Below, piece by piece: positions 1 to 9,501 of a stretch of 57,283 nucleotides of DNA. Location: positions 1-57,283 of the forward strand of contig JBDGRE010000023.1 in assembly GCA_042218325.1 (NCBI GenBank), given 5' to 3'. The notes under the pieces are model-generated. The model saw only the letters and a list, made by a program, of their open reading frames with translations. It did no database searches and was not told where the DNA came from. The stretch's first letter is position 1. Every line of letters begins with the position of its first letter. The translations under genes were made by a program, and so were the position numbers. The DNA comes from Candidatus Nanohaloarchaea archaeon (GTDB lineage: Archaea; Nanohalarchaeota; Nanosalinia; Nanosalinales; Nanosalinaceae).

Positions 1-72
1 TTTTCGCTGGAGGAGTCCTGCGAGCCCGAGCCCCGCTATCCCTCCACCGATTATGCAGATATCCATGCTCAT
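1..72 (-). CDS. FAD-dependent oxidoreductase, N-terminal part (runs off window)
   Basis: Minus strand from ATG at 72 reads MSMDICIIGGGIAGLGLAGLLQRK, a Rossmann GxGxxG dinucleotide-binding start. Confidence 0.75.
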   Translation of the reverse strand, partial: MSMDICIIGGGIAGLGLAGLLQRK

Positions 73-235
73 AGATTTCCTTGCCTCATTTTTCATCTTT
101 TCTGGAATTTTCAGGGAGCTTGCCCCAGAGAGATTCTGGTACAAGCACATCTCTCCCCGGATGCGCCAGAACCCAGAAGACCGGCGTAAGTTGTTATCTA
201 AAAGTGATAAAAAGATAGGCCTGTTTTGTGGTTAT

Positions 236-836
236 ATGAGTGTCGAGGACGGCCTCCCCTGGAACCCGGGCCACGGCGAAACAATTATTGAGTACGCCGA
301 GCGCCTGGATATGCCGTGGTTAAAGGATGCTGCCTCTGATGCGATGGAAGACCGTATATGGTGGAACTCGTCCGCCGAAGATATAGGCCCGGAGCACATC
401 GCGTACGTGCTGAAAGACGACGAGGATTACGGACTCGTGGAGGAGGAGATGGAAAACGGTATACTTCTCCGAGGAACAGGCCAGTTCCCGGACTCTGGAG
501 GACACCATCGGCTTACAGGCTACTGCGGATGCCATACTCAAGAAGAAAGAAGAAGACCTGGCAGGCAGTAACGCCAGACTGATTCTGTGGGCCTCTACCG
601 GTACAGGAGCTGGTACGGCAGTCTGATTCGGAAACGTTGAGACAGCCAAGATACTCATGGCTCTCGGGGCGGTCTCGCCCTCGCGGACTACGCCCTGGAT
701 TTTTTTCAGGCGGAACGAGTTCGAGGACGACGTCCATAAAGCGCAGGAGAACGGCGAACTGGAGTACGATATAGAGATTTTTGGACCCCAGCAGTACGAG
801 GCCAAGGAGGAGCAGCTCGATCCATACACCATATGA
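236..836 (+). pseudogene. Disrupted acidic hypothetical protein
   Basis: MSVEDGLPW...EEEME, then an apparent frameshift at GAAAACG (~452-458). The other frame continues TVYFSEEQASSR...GTAV, hits TGA at 624-626, then continues FGNVETAK...EEQLDPYTI* to 836. Confidence 0.55.
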
Positions 837-982
837 CAGTGTTGCGACCCGTTACAGTTAACGGCTCTGAACTTTTTCCCGTCGGTGCTGAACGCTGATA
901 AACGGTTGCCGAATACCTATCAACGCGCGTTAAATGTTCCGCCTGTTAAACCTTGTCATGGGAACGCTGGCCCGGTGAGAAC

Positions 983-1147
983 ATGAACAAGACACTCGCG
1001 ATGCTCGCCGCCGGACTGGTACTTACCGGTATGGCGGCTGGTGCAACAACGAATCGATCAAACAACGCCGGGACTGTTCCCGGAAGTTTCCTCTACCCGC
1101 TTGATATGGTGGGCGAGGACCGGCAGCGAGCTCAGAACAGGGGTTAG
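983..1147 (+). pseudogene. Short signal-peptide ORF, probable truncated DUF5667-like remnant
   Basis: MNKTLAMLAAGLVLTGMAAG signal peptide, then AGTVPGSFLYPLD motif, then an early stop. Confidence 0.35.
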
Positions 1148-1174
1148 CACCCCTCAACTTTCTTTTCTTTTTAT

Positions 1175-1591
1175 TCACTGCTCGACGACACGGTAAAGCC
1201 TGAACCAGGAGTCATCTTCCTCCCCTGCATCGTCGCGATAGCGGAAGTAAAGCCTGTAGTTCGTCCGGTTTAAAGTCACCGTCCGGTTGTGCTCCCTTAC
1301 CTGCCCGTCGTGGACCAGGCCCTCAAGCTCAAGGTCGAAGCTGCCATCCCGATCAAGGTCGAGATAGTAATGAGCCTGCCGGGAGTCTTCGTGCATGAGA
1401 TCTATCTCCCGGCCGTCGAAACTTGCCGTGACGATGTTGTTCTCGGAGTCGGCGGTAACGTTCATGCCTGAAACATACTTCTGCTCCGGCGTGTCTCCCG
1501 TGTAGAACGCGAGGTAGAAGCCGCCAAGACTGAACACGAGGAAGACCACCACCGATAGTACAAGCGTCTGCCTGTCCACGTCCAAGTTCAT
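1175..1591 (-). CDS. Hypothetical membrane-anchored protein
   Basis: 138 aa with one N-terminal TM helix and an acidic soluble domain. Confidence 0.7.
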   Translation of the reverse strand: MNLDVDRQTLVLSVVVFLVFSLGGFYLAFYTGDTPEQKYVSGMNVTADSENNIVTASFDGREIDLMHEDSRQAHYYLDLDRDGSFDLELEGLVHDGQVREHNRTVTLNRTNYRLYFRYRDDAGEEDDSWFRLYRVVEQ

Positions 1592-1669
1592 ATCACTGCC
1601 CTCCGGTACAAGATTCTTAACTCCGATGGTCGAAAAGAGAGAAGAAAAAGGAAGTAGGGTTCCCGCAGC

Positions 1670-2869
1670 CTATCTACGGATGAGAGCGTAGATGCGGCCG
1701 CGGAAGAAGTAGGCGAGAAACAGCAGCGCAGCGAAGACCCCTGCCAAGAGAGGCAGCGAGATTCCGGACTGCTCGCCGTTCTCGACCCGGAAATCGACGG
1801 TCTTCGACTCCGTGAATACCTCGGTATCCTTGACACCACGGACCTCAAAGTCGACGAGGTACTGCTTCGGCTCGGCCGAGGCTTCAGCGGTGACATCGAA
1901 CACAGCCGTGCCCGTAGCGCCCGGCTCCAGTGTGCCTATGTAGTGGCTGGAGGATCCGTAGCTGAAAGGCTGGTCGCTGGAGTCGAGCACCCGGATACGG
2001 GTCGCGGTGGACTTGACGTCGCCGGTGTTCCTGACCTTTACCCGGACCTTGCCGGAGCTTCCTGCCTTGAGACGGGCCTGCGTGTCCACCACCTCGAACT
2101 GCGGCTTGCCGGATATATGGAGCTGGAACGATTCCTGCTGCTCGATATCCGATGCGGAGTCGTCGAGCGAGTAGGACAGCGCCGCCGGCACGTCGACCAT
2201 GCCCGCGCTTGCGTTCTCCGAGATGTCGAAGTTGAAAGTTGCCGGCTTGACCTCGCCCGGCTTCACGTTCCCAAGGGCCTGGCGGGTGGAGAAGCTGCTC
2301 GTCTTCTCGAAAGACGGGGGTAACTCGAGGTCAAGGAGAACGTTCTCCGCGGTCTTTTCGCCGTTGTTGACGACTTCGACCGTCATCTGGTTGTCCTCCG
2401 TGTCCGGCCGAAGGGTCGACGGCGTGGTCTTGAGGTTGGCCAGGTTGAGCTCGACATCGCTGCTCTGGACCGTCACAGGGATATCTTGTGTGAAAGTTAC
2501 ATCGCTACCCGTGCTGATGTTGACCTTTAACGGATTCTGGCCGTCGGGCGCGTCCTCCGCTACCAGCACCTCTGTGGTGATGTAGTACTCCTCGCCCGGT
2601 GTCACCGTGCCGAGCTGGTAGGCCCGTTTGCGGTCAGGTTTGAGCCGGAACGGGTAGCTGTCCTGTATTGAAACCTTCACGTTCCGGGCCTCCGTGTTGC
2701 CCGTGTTCCGTACCTTGAAGATAATCTCTGCGTCTTCACCTGACTGTGCAGGTACTGGATCGGTCTGTACGAGGACCGGCTCCAGTTTTGTCGCTGGTCG
2801 TTGCTGCGCTGCCGCACCGGTAACGAACAGGGCGGCGAGCGCGAATGCCGTGAGTGTTTTCATTTTCAT
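1670..2869 (-). CDS. COG1361-type S-layer-domain / Ig-like secreted protein
   Basis: Signal peptide, three repeats with V(R/V)NxG motifs, C-terminal TM; overlaps the RND gene. Confidence 0.8.
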   Translation of the reverse strand: MKMKTLTAFALAALFVTGAAAQQRPATKLEPVLVQTDPVPAQSGEDAEIIFKVRNTGNTEARNVKVSIQDSYPFRLKPDRKRAYQLGTVTPGEEYYITTEVLVAEDAPDGQNPLKVNISTGSDVTFTQDIPVTVQSSDVELNLANLKTTPSTLRPDTEDNQMTVEVVNNGEKTAENVLLDLELPPSFEKTSSFSTRQALGNVKPGEVKPATFNFDISENASAGMVDVPAALSYSLDDSASDIEQQESFQLHISGKPQFEVVDTQARLKAGSSGKVRVKVRNTGDVKSTATRIRVLDSSDQPFSYGSSSHYIGTLEPGATGTAVFDVTAEASAEPKQYLVDFEVRGVKDTEVFTESKTVDFRVENGEQSGISLPLLAGVFAALLFLAYFFRGRIYALIRR

Positions 2870-4050
2870 GGTTGTGTTTCACCTGTAGTATCTTTTAACC
2901 CTGGCAGCTGGAGGCCGTGCGTTCCGCTACCGGTAAGGTACCGGTCGAACAGGACGAGGGCGGGCGGTATCACCGTGAAAGCTGCGACGTAGGCCATCGT
3001 GGTCGTCAGGGTCAGCAACACCCCGAGGTCGGAGAGGAACGTCACGCGGCCGAAGTTGAGAGACATGAAACCGATATTCGCAGCTACGAGACCTACCGTC
3101 ATTGGCGTCACGACGCCCTTGACTGTCTCGGAGAGCGCGTTTTCGATACCGGACTCCTCCCTCTCCTCGATGTACCGGGCTATGGGCTGTATACCGAAGT
3201 CGATGGCCACCCCTATCCCCATCGTGAGGGCGCCCGAGGTCGCGGGGCTCATGTCGAGGCCCAGCCAGCCGAACAGGCCGAAACCTGTCGCGATGCCGAA
3301 TACCAGTGCGAGCAGAGAGTTAAGCCCGTAGAAAACGGAGCGGAACAGTATGATAACCGTGAGAGCGACCCCTAAAAGGGCGACCGTTCCGGTCAGGCTC
3401 ATGGTCTTCTGGGTCTGCCGCTGGAAAGCCTCGTCGATGAAAGGTTGGCCAGTATATCCTGCCTGTATGCCCGCAGGTTTCTTGTGGGCTCGGACTGTCT
3501 GCCTGATCTGCTGCGCGAGCTCCACTTCTTCGTGCGCAGTGAGTTCTACAGTGTCGATTCTCAGGACCGCGGCTTGGTAGTCGCTGGAGATACGTTGCTG
3601 CCATCTCTCCTCGCCGAGAGTCCCGAGAACTTCCTGCACACCAGCCTTGCTGGAGGGTATATCCCGGAACAGGTCCGCTGGAGACGTGACGGAGGTAACC
3701 CTGTCAAGGGCCTCGAGGTCGTTGGAGATGCTCTCCATGAAACGCAGCGCTTCCGGGTTCCTCATGTCCCTTATCTCGTTGGAACCGGGGTAGTCCGGGT
3801 CGGTCTCGAGCAGTATGGTGTAGCTCGTGCCGGAGGCGGTAGAGAACTCCGAGCTGACAGTTTCGAACGCCTGCATTGTCGGGACGGAGTCCGGGAGTAT
3901 ATCCTCCTGGCTCTGCTCCACAGTTTCTACCTTTGACGCACCGGAAGCCAGCACCGCTGTAGCGAGCAATGCCACCAGTATGACCGTTCCCGGCCTCTTG
4001 AAAAGCAGCCGGGAGTAGAGATCTATGGCCGCTTCTATCTTTCCGTTCAT
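2866..4050 (-). CDS. RND/MMPL (HAE3-type) transporter, half-size subunit
   Basis: TM1, extracellular loop, then 5 TMs; GIGVAIDFG motif. Confidence 0.85.
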   Translation of the reverse strand: MNGKIEAAIDLYSRLLFKRPGTVILVALLATAVLASGASKVETVEQSQEDILPDSVPTMQAFETVSSEFSTASGTSYTILLETDPDYPGSNEIRDMRNPEALRFMESISNDLEALDRVTSVTSPADLFRDIPSSKAGVQEVLGTLGEERWQQRISSDYQAAVLRIDTVELTAHEEVELAQQIRQTVRAHKKPAGIQAGYTGQPFIDEAFQRQTQKTMSLTGTVALLGVALTVIILFRSVFYGLNSLLALVFGIATGFGLFGWLGLDMSPATSGALTMGIGVAIDFGIQPIARYIEEREESGIENALSETVKGVVTPMTVGLVAANIGFMSLNFGRVTFLSDLGVLLTLTTTMAYVAAFTVIPPALVLFDRYLTGSGTHGLQLPGLKDTTGETQP

Positions 4051-5180
4051 ATTTCACCACCTCGCAGTTCGTGGCCGAAGAACTTGAGCCGGTCCTCCTG
4101 CTTCCAGCGCTCGTACTTCACTATCAGTGCAGGCGTCAGGAGCAGGGCCGAGGCAAGTGTCAGGCCCTCGCCGAGGGCAAGGGTTATCCCGAGGTCGCGC
4201 ATGAAGGAGATGGATGCGAGAAGCAGCGACAGGAAACCTACAAGATCGGTCGTGGATGAGCCGAGTACCGCCCTGCCCGTGTTCGGGACGGCGGTCATTA
4301 TGCCGTCCTCGACCCCCTGCTCGCGTGTCTCCTCTATTATACGCTCCGCGATAAATGAGCCGTACTCCACGCCGAGGCCGAGAAGCATCGATCCGAGAGC
4401 GATGGTCGCGATGGTCAGCGGGATACCGAGTAACCCCATGGCGCCGAGAGTCCAGAGGAGGCCGAGGAACAGCGGCATGAAGGTAGCGGTGCCGTATACA
4501 GGGCCGCGGACCGCGGCGAGCAGGACAAGTATAAGCACGGAGGCGGCCGCTATTATGGTTACAGTGTCCGAGACAAGCACGTCAGAGAGCACGTTTCTCA
4601 TCACAGGTACCCCGGTAGTCTTTATCTCTACGCCAGGATACTTCGGCGCTTCTTCGATGTTCTGGCTGAGGGTCTGGGTCGCCTCGCGAACGTTCTGCTC
4701 GGTCATGTCCTCGCTGAGCTGTATGTACATCGTGGTGGCGGTGAAGTCACGGTTCGTGAAAGAAGCTCCTGACCTCGACAGCACCTTCTTAACCTCCTGT
4801 TTGCTTCCGGGATTCTGCTCAAACAGGGAGGCCATCGAGTTCACGGACGAGATAGCGGGCTCCCGCTGCAGCTCGGATTCAAGGAAGTTCATCGTCCTTA
4901 TCATCCGCGGGTCGCGGACATCGGTGACATAGCCCTCCTGTTGCGGTTTCTCGTTGACCTGGAAAAGAACTATTATCGAGTCGCTGCTCCCGAACTCTGC
5001 CTCCACCCTGTCCTGCGTCGCTATCGGGTCGAGGTCGTCGGGCAGGCTGGCCTGGAAATCGGTCTGCAGCTCTATGCTGGGCACACCGAACGCCAGTATC
5101 CCTGTAACAAGAAGGCAGCCGAGTACGATATGGTCGGTGTACTGCAGGTGTGCCTTCGCGAGCAGGTCGAGTAGCGCCAT
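4047..5180 (-). CDS. RND/MMPL (HAE3-type) transporter, half-size subunit
   Basis: Same architecture; GLGVEYG motif; 4-nt overlap with the partner gene. Confidence 0.85.
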   Translation of the reverse strand: MALLDLLAKAHLQYTDHIVLGCLLVTGILAFGVPSIELQTDFQASLPDDLDPIATQDRVEAEFGSSDSIIVLFQVNEKPQQEGYVTDVRDPRMIRTMNFLESELQREPAISSVNSMASLFEQNPGSKQEVKKVLSRSGASFTNRDFTATTMYIQLSEDMTEQNVREATQTLSQNIEEAPKYPGVEIKTTGVPVMRNVLSDVLVSDTVTIIAAASVLILVLLAAVRGPVYGTATFMPLFLGLLWTLGAMGLLGIPLTIATIALGSMLLGLGVEYGSFIAERIIEETREQGVEDGIMTAVPNTGRAVLGSSTTDLVGFLSLLLASISFMRDLGITLALGEGLTLASALLLTPALIVKYERWKQEDRLKFFGHELRGGEI

Positions 5181-5238
5181 ACCTATCGGTAGATTTTATC
5201 ACCAGCTTTATAAAGTTGAACGAGCGTTCAGTCAGTAG

Positions 5239-5808
5239 ATGGCGGATACAAAACAGGACATAATGGACGCGACCTACGCGGCGCTCTGCGAGCACGGGCT
5301 TTCGGACCTTTCTATCCAGGATATAGCCGAAGAGATGGACGCCGGGAAGTCGCTGGTATACTACCACTACGAGGATAAGGAGGAGCTGCTGCTGGCCTTC
5401 ATGGACTGGATGTCCGGACACATAGAAAAAGAACACCAGGAACTCGAGGACAAACCACCACGGGAGCGCTTGAACGGTATGCTGGACCTCGCGCTCGGGA
5501 TGGAGGACGAGAAACGATGGGAGTTCCAGAAAGCGTTCCTGGAGATGAGGGCGCAAGCGTCCCACAGCAGCGGGTTCGCGGAGAAGTTCTCGAAGATCGA
5601 CAACATGGTGCTCAAGGAAGCTGAAGATGTTTTTAGAGAACTCGGGACCGGGCAACCGGGAGAGCTCGCGAAGGTCTTCGTCTCCTGCATCGAGGGCGCA
5701 GCCAGCCGGAAGGCATCCGCCCGGGACCGGGAAGGCCTCAAAGAACTGAGAGAAAGCATCAAACAGGTCCTCAGCATGGCCTGCGGCTGCGACTGCTTCA
5801 GCGGCTGA
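5239..5808 (+). CDS. TetR/AcrR family transcriptional regulator
   Basis: N-terminal HTH (LSIQDIAEEMDAGKSLVYYHYEDKEEL); divergent from the RND operon. Confidence 0.92.
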   Translation: MADTKQDIMDATYAALCEHGLSDLSIQDIAEEMDAGKSLVYYHYEDKEELLLAFMDWMSGHIEKEHQELEDKPPRERLNGMLDLALGMEDEKRWEFQKAFLEMRAQASHSSGFAEKFSKIDNMVLKEAEDVFRELGTGQPGELAKVFVSCIEGAASRKASARDREGLKELRESIKQVLSMACGCDCFSG

Positions 5809-5841
5809 AAAGTCGAAGGCCTATATACTTCTCAGAGCAGA

Positions 5842-5889
5842 CAAACTCAAAAGAGTTTGAGGCGCGCAGCATGCGGGTTCACATGCTGC
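5842..5889. repeat. Intergenic twin-hairpin element
   Basis: CAAACTC-AAAA-GAGTTTG followed by GCAGCATG...CATGCTGC; resembles the 5' part of the tRNA-Arg(TCG) intron. Confidence 0.5.
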
Positions 5890-5917
5890 TTCCGGCATGC
5901 GACCTCGAAAAGGGCGA

Positions 5918-6048
5918 TGCGGCGTCGGGGATTTGAACCCCGGTTACGACCATGGCAAGGTCGTGTCTTAGCCACTCCAAAACGCCGTATGCGTTTTGTG
6001 CGAAGCTTAAACTCCGCACAGGAGTTTTAGCCACTGGACCAACGCCGC
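5918..6048 (-). tRNA. tRNA-Gly(GCC) with a 59-nt D-loop intron (5968-6026)
   Basis: Removing the intron gives GCGGCGTTGGTCCAGTGGCTAA|GACACGACCTTGCCATGGTCGTAACCGGGGTTCAAATCCCCGACGCCGCA (72 nt). BHB has central helix GGCU/GGCU and bulges AAA and AAG. Confidence 0.92.
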
Positions 6049-6122
6049 TTCGTTCGCAGAGCGGGGTCGAAAACCGGCAGGGTTTCCAGTTCCGCCCCTG
6101 TTTGGGAAACAGGTCTAAACTA

Positions 6123-6545
6123 TTAAGTAGGTTCGACATCCTCGGCGTAGCTTTCCGCCACCTGCTCGACTCCGGCCATGACCTCATCTAACTGGCTGGT
6201 TTCAAGCCCTTCTATCCTGATGGCCTGCCAGTCGGCCTCGACGCGGGCGATATCTTCGAACAAGTTTTCGTACTGCTCCATGTCATCGCCGGCCGGCGAG
6301 AAAGTCACGCGGGCCTCGCTTCCCTTTCTCACGTATAGATCGACCGTGACCGGGTAGTCAGGGTTTCCCGGCGAGGGTGTCTCGCTTTCCCGGCCTGTAT
6401 CGTATCTCGCGACGGTGCTACCCCTGCTGTCTGTTCTTTCAGGCAGCTCCCAGTTTCCGGCGTCGAGGCCAGGCGATATCTCGCCGGGCGAAGATTCCAC
6501 GAGGATATCAGCTATCGGTTCCGCTTCCGTCTCCCCTGCCTCCAT
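6123..6545 (-). CDS. Hypothetical acidic protein
   Basis: ORF from MEAGET with halophilic composition. Confidence 0.6.
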   Translation of the reverse strand: MEAGETEAEPIADILVESSPGEISPGLDAGNWELPERTDSRGSTVARYDTGRESETPSPGNPDYPVTVDLYVRKGSEARVTFSPAGDDMEQYENLFEDIARVEADWQAIRIEGLETSQLDEVMAGVEQVAESYAEDVEPT

Positions 6546-6597
6546 GGACGCGGGTAGGGTAAAAAGGGTTAAGTATTTCACCCCGACCGGTTAATTC

Positions 6598-7512
6598 ATG
6601 AGAGACCTGATAGTAGTCGGCGGCGCCTCCGCCGCGATGACCTCCGCGATATACGCTGTAAGAAGCGGCATGGATGTACTTGTTATAGCGGATGAATACG
6701 GAGGCCAGATAAACGATACCGACGTGGTGGAGAACTACCTCGGCTTCAGGTCGATAAGCGGGCCAGACCTTGCGGACAGGTTTCTTGAACACATGCGGGA
6801 CTACGACATCGACGAGGAGGTCGGCTCGCCTGTAGTAGACATAAGAAAGAACGACTCCCGATTCGAGGTGGAGACAGAGGAAGGCGACGTTTTCGAGTCT
6901 TACGCCGTGGTGATAGCGACAGGCGGCTCAAGAAGAAGGCTTGACGTCCCGGGCGAAGAGAAGTTCCGGAACCGCGGGGTTGCGTACTGCGCGGTATGTG
7001 ATGGCCCGCTCTACCAGGGAGAAGACGTCGCGGTCATAGGCGGTGGATACGCGGGCACCGAGGCCGCGGTCTACCTCTCCGATATCGCGGAAACCGTGTA
7101 CGTTCTCAACCGGTCCAGCGAGCTTTCCGGCGAGGACATAACGATAGAACAGGTCAAGGACGCGGACAACGTGGAAGTGCTCAGCGACGCGGAGACACGG
7201 GAGATATACGGTGACGACATGGTCGAGGGCCTGAAATACGAGCAAAACGGGGATATCCGCGACCTCGAAGTCACCGGCGTCTTCGTGGAAATCGGGACAG
7301 TTCCCAACTCGGATGTAACCGACCTTGTGGAAACTGCCGACGACCGCACCATCAAGGTCAACCAGGATATGGAGACCGGAGTCCCGGGACTTTATGCAGC
7401 GGGCGACGTGGTTTCAAGAGGCGCACAGCAGCTCGCCGTTTCCTCCGGCCAGGGTTGCATCGCCGCACTCAACGCCTCGGATTACGTGAAGGAGCAGAAG
7501 GCGGAGAACTAG
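6598..7512 (+). CDS. trxB: Thioredoxin-disulfide reductase
   Basis: N-terminal FAD motif, CAVC redox motif, GGGYAG NAD(P)H motif, GLYAAGD. Confidence 0.9.
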   Translation: MRDLIVVGGASAAMTSAIYAVRSGMDVLVIADEYGGQINDTDVVENYLGFRSISGPDLADRFLEHMRDYDIDEEVGSPVVDIRKNDSRFEVETEEGDVFESYAVVIATGGSRRRLDVPGEEKFRNRGVAYCAVCDGPLYQGEDVAVIGGGYAGTEAAVYLSDIAETVYVLNRSSELSGEDITIEQVKDADNVEVLSDAETREIYGDDMVEGLKYEQNGDIRDLEVTGVFVEIGTVPNSDVTDLVETADDRTIKVNQDMETGVPGLYAAGDVVSRGAQQLAVSSGQGCIAALNASDYVKEQKAEN

Positions 7513-8150
7513 AAACCCAGGAGCCCTTCCTTTTCGACCGTATCGCGGACCGCCCTGTATATCTCTCCGTGTCCCTGTCTGTCCGGATGCGAGCCATCTT
7601 CCAGCATCTCGCTCCATTCCTCTTTCGTGTAAATGGAGCGCAGGTCGATGAACGGCACGTCCTCCTGCTTGCACACGTTCCTCTGGATCTCCACGTACCT
7701 CTCCAGGCGTTCGTCGCTCAGCTCTTTTTCCGGCGCCCAGGGTATCGGTCCCTTGATGGTGGTGTATGCCTCCCCGACAAGTATCACGGCGTCCGCGTAG
7801 CCGCGCGCCTTCTCCACGAGCTCTACAAGGTTCTTCCTGAACTCTTCTTCCGGTACCGCGACCCTGTCCTCCTCAGACAGGTATATGATGTCTTTGGCGC
7901 CTATTTGGAACACGACTATGGTCTCCGCGTCCTCCCAGAGCCGAGGTTCCATCTCGTCCTCAAGCCTGTCGAGGAGCTGGCGCGAATCATCGCCGGGAAC
8001 ACCCATGTTGAAGACCTCGCATATGTTCTCGTCCCGATCGCCCGACTCCAGGGCCTCCTCGTCAAGTTCCGACCTTAACCTCTGGACCCAGCCTCCTTCC
8101 GGGTCCCAGAAGCCGTAGGTGATGCTGTGGCCGAACGCGAAAAGCTGCAT
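7509..8150 (-). CDS. SGNH/GDSL hydrolase
   Basis: FGHSITYG block I, NMGVPG block II, DGSHP block V. Confidence 0.85.
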   Translation of the reverse strand: MQLFAFGHSITYGFWDPEGGWVQRLRSELDEEALESGDRDENICEVFNMGVPGDDSRQLLDRLEDEMEPRLWEDAETIVVFQIGAKDIIYLSEEDRVAVPEEEFRKNLVELVEKARGYADAVILVGEAYTTIKGPIPWAPEKELSDERLERYVEIQRNVCKQEDVPFIDLRSIYTKEEWSEMLEDGSHPDRQGHGEIYRAVRDTVEKEGLLGF

Positions 8151-8202
8151 ACAGGTTACAGACCGGTTCAACTACAAAAAACTACCCGCCGAAAATCCGT
8201 AC

Positions 8203-8448
8203 ATGTCTGGAGAAACCAGGATGACGAAGTGCGTGTTCTGTGGCAAGAACGCGACCAAGACCAACTCCTCCGGTCAACCGGTCTGCAAGGAGCACAAGGA
8301 TCGGGAGCCGCGGGAGGTCGCGTGCCCGGAGTGCGGCATGCCGATGAAGATCAAGGAGGGCCGTTACGGCTACTTCTGGGGCTGCGAGGGCTACCCGCAG
8401 TGCGACAAGACCTACCAGATAGAGGCGCTGGTCGACGAAGAAGAGTAG
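8203..8448 (+). CDS. Small zinc-finger protein (topoisomerase C4 Zn-ribbon-like)
   Basis: CVFC...CKEH and CPECG...GRYGYFWGCEGYPQC. Confidence 0.8.
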   Translation: MSGETRMTKCVFCGKNATKTNSSGQPVCKEHKDREPREVACPECGMPMKIKEGRYGYFWGCEGYPQCDKTYQIEALVDEEE

Positions 8449-8680
8449 CTAACGTATCCTGTAGAGATCAAGTGCATCATCTTCCGGGGCGGACAGCCAG
8501 GCCGTCGTCCCGTCTCTATCATCCCTCGAATCGTACACGTAAACCTTTCCTTCCTTCTCACAGGACCTGACCGGGTTATCAAGCGGCTGCAGATACTCAA
8601 ACGCCCAGAGCTCGTTCACAACAGGAACAAAACCAAAAAAAAGGAGATAAATAAGCGTTGCGCACACCGATTAGACCTGT

Positions 8681-8818
8681 GGGCCTGTAGCTCAGCTGGA
8701 CAGAGCGCGAGGTTCCTAATCCCGATTTCTCGAAGAGATAGCGGGTCGAGAAGTGGATCTTCGACGCAAGCCACGAGGAGATACCTCGAAGTCGTGAGTT
8801 CGAATCTCACCAGGCTCG
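8681..8818 (+). tRNA. tRNA-Arg(CCT) with a 64-nt canonical intron (8719-8782)
   Basis: GGGCCTG/CAGGCTC acceptor, CGAGG/CCTCG anticodon stem, GTTCGAATC T-loop; loop UUCC pairs with intron GGAG. Confidence 0.92.
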
Positions 8819-8853
8819 ATTCGATACCGCGCAGAAACTCTTGCGAGTTTCGA

Positions 8854-8878
8854 GTGGGTTCAAATCCCACCGGGTCCG
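8854..8878 (+). repeat. Second, diverged tRNA T-arm plus acceptor 3' strand
   Basis: GTGGGTTCAAATCCCACCGGGTCCG, 35 nt after the tRNA end. Confidence 0.75.
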
Positions 8879-8960
8879 TAAGTATTATCTGGCAGAGGCC
8901 GACCTAAAAAACAAGTGCTTATTAATAAGTTGTTATCAGAAAGTGAAATTCGTGGATGAG

Positions 8961-9407
8961 ATGATAGAAGAAGATTCAGCTGACGACGGGCTTGAGGAGT
9001 CCCGTGAACTCCTCACAGATGGTGGCGGAACAGATCCTCTCGGAGACGATCTCGAGAGCGAAGGAAGACTCTCCCGGGCGAGGAAGAGACTTTCTGGCGC
9101 CTATGAGAGCGCTTCAGAATCTGCGCCCGAAAGCCCGCTTGTATGGGCCGGAGGCGCTATTGGTTCCGGGTACGTTACCTCGCAGATCGAGGACGAGGCC
9201 TGGGATTCACTGATGAACGAGTTCCCGGAGCACACCGACCAAGCTGTCGATAACGCTGGGCAGGCAGCGTCCTACCTGGCGGAAGCCGGTATCAACAGTT
9301 ACGACGCAGTGATACAGCTCGGTGAAGCAGGAGTAGGTGCCGCGGCAGCGATTGCTACCGCCGCTTGCGGAGTCAAGGCCGTCCAGAAATACCGGGACAG
9401 GGAATAA
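8961..9407 (+). CDS. Hypothetical protein with hydrophobic Ala/Gly-rich segments
   Basis: Acidic ORF with TDGG motif between two tRNA-Arg genes. Confidence 0.65.
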   Translation: MIEEDSADDGLEESRELLTDGGGTDPLGDDLESEGRLSRARKRLSGAYESASESAPESPLVWAGGAIGSGYVTSQIEDEAWDSLMNEFPEHTDQAVDNAGQAASYLAEAGINSYDAVIQLGEAGVGAAAAIATAACGVKAVQKYRDRE

Positions 9408-9501
9408 CCCCCCTTTCCCACCGTTTTCTCTATTTTCTACTAGCCGCGCAGACAGAGTTGTTATTTAAGAATCCCCTTGGATACCATTTGATGTGTCGAG
9501 A

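Noticed and set aside
1670-5808. TetR, split RND pair and COG1361 cluster as a new system
   Set aside because: This arrangement is familiar from haloarchaea and methanogens.
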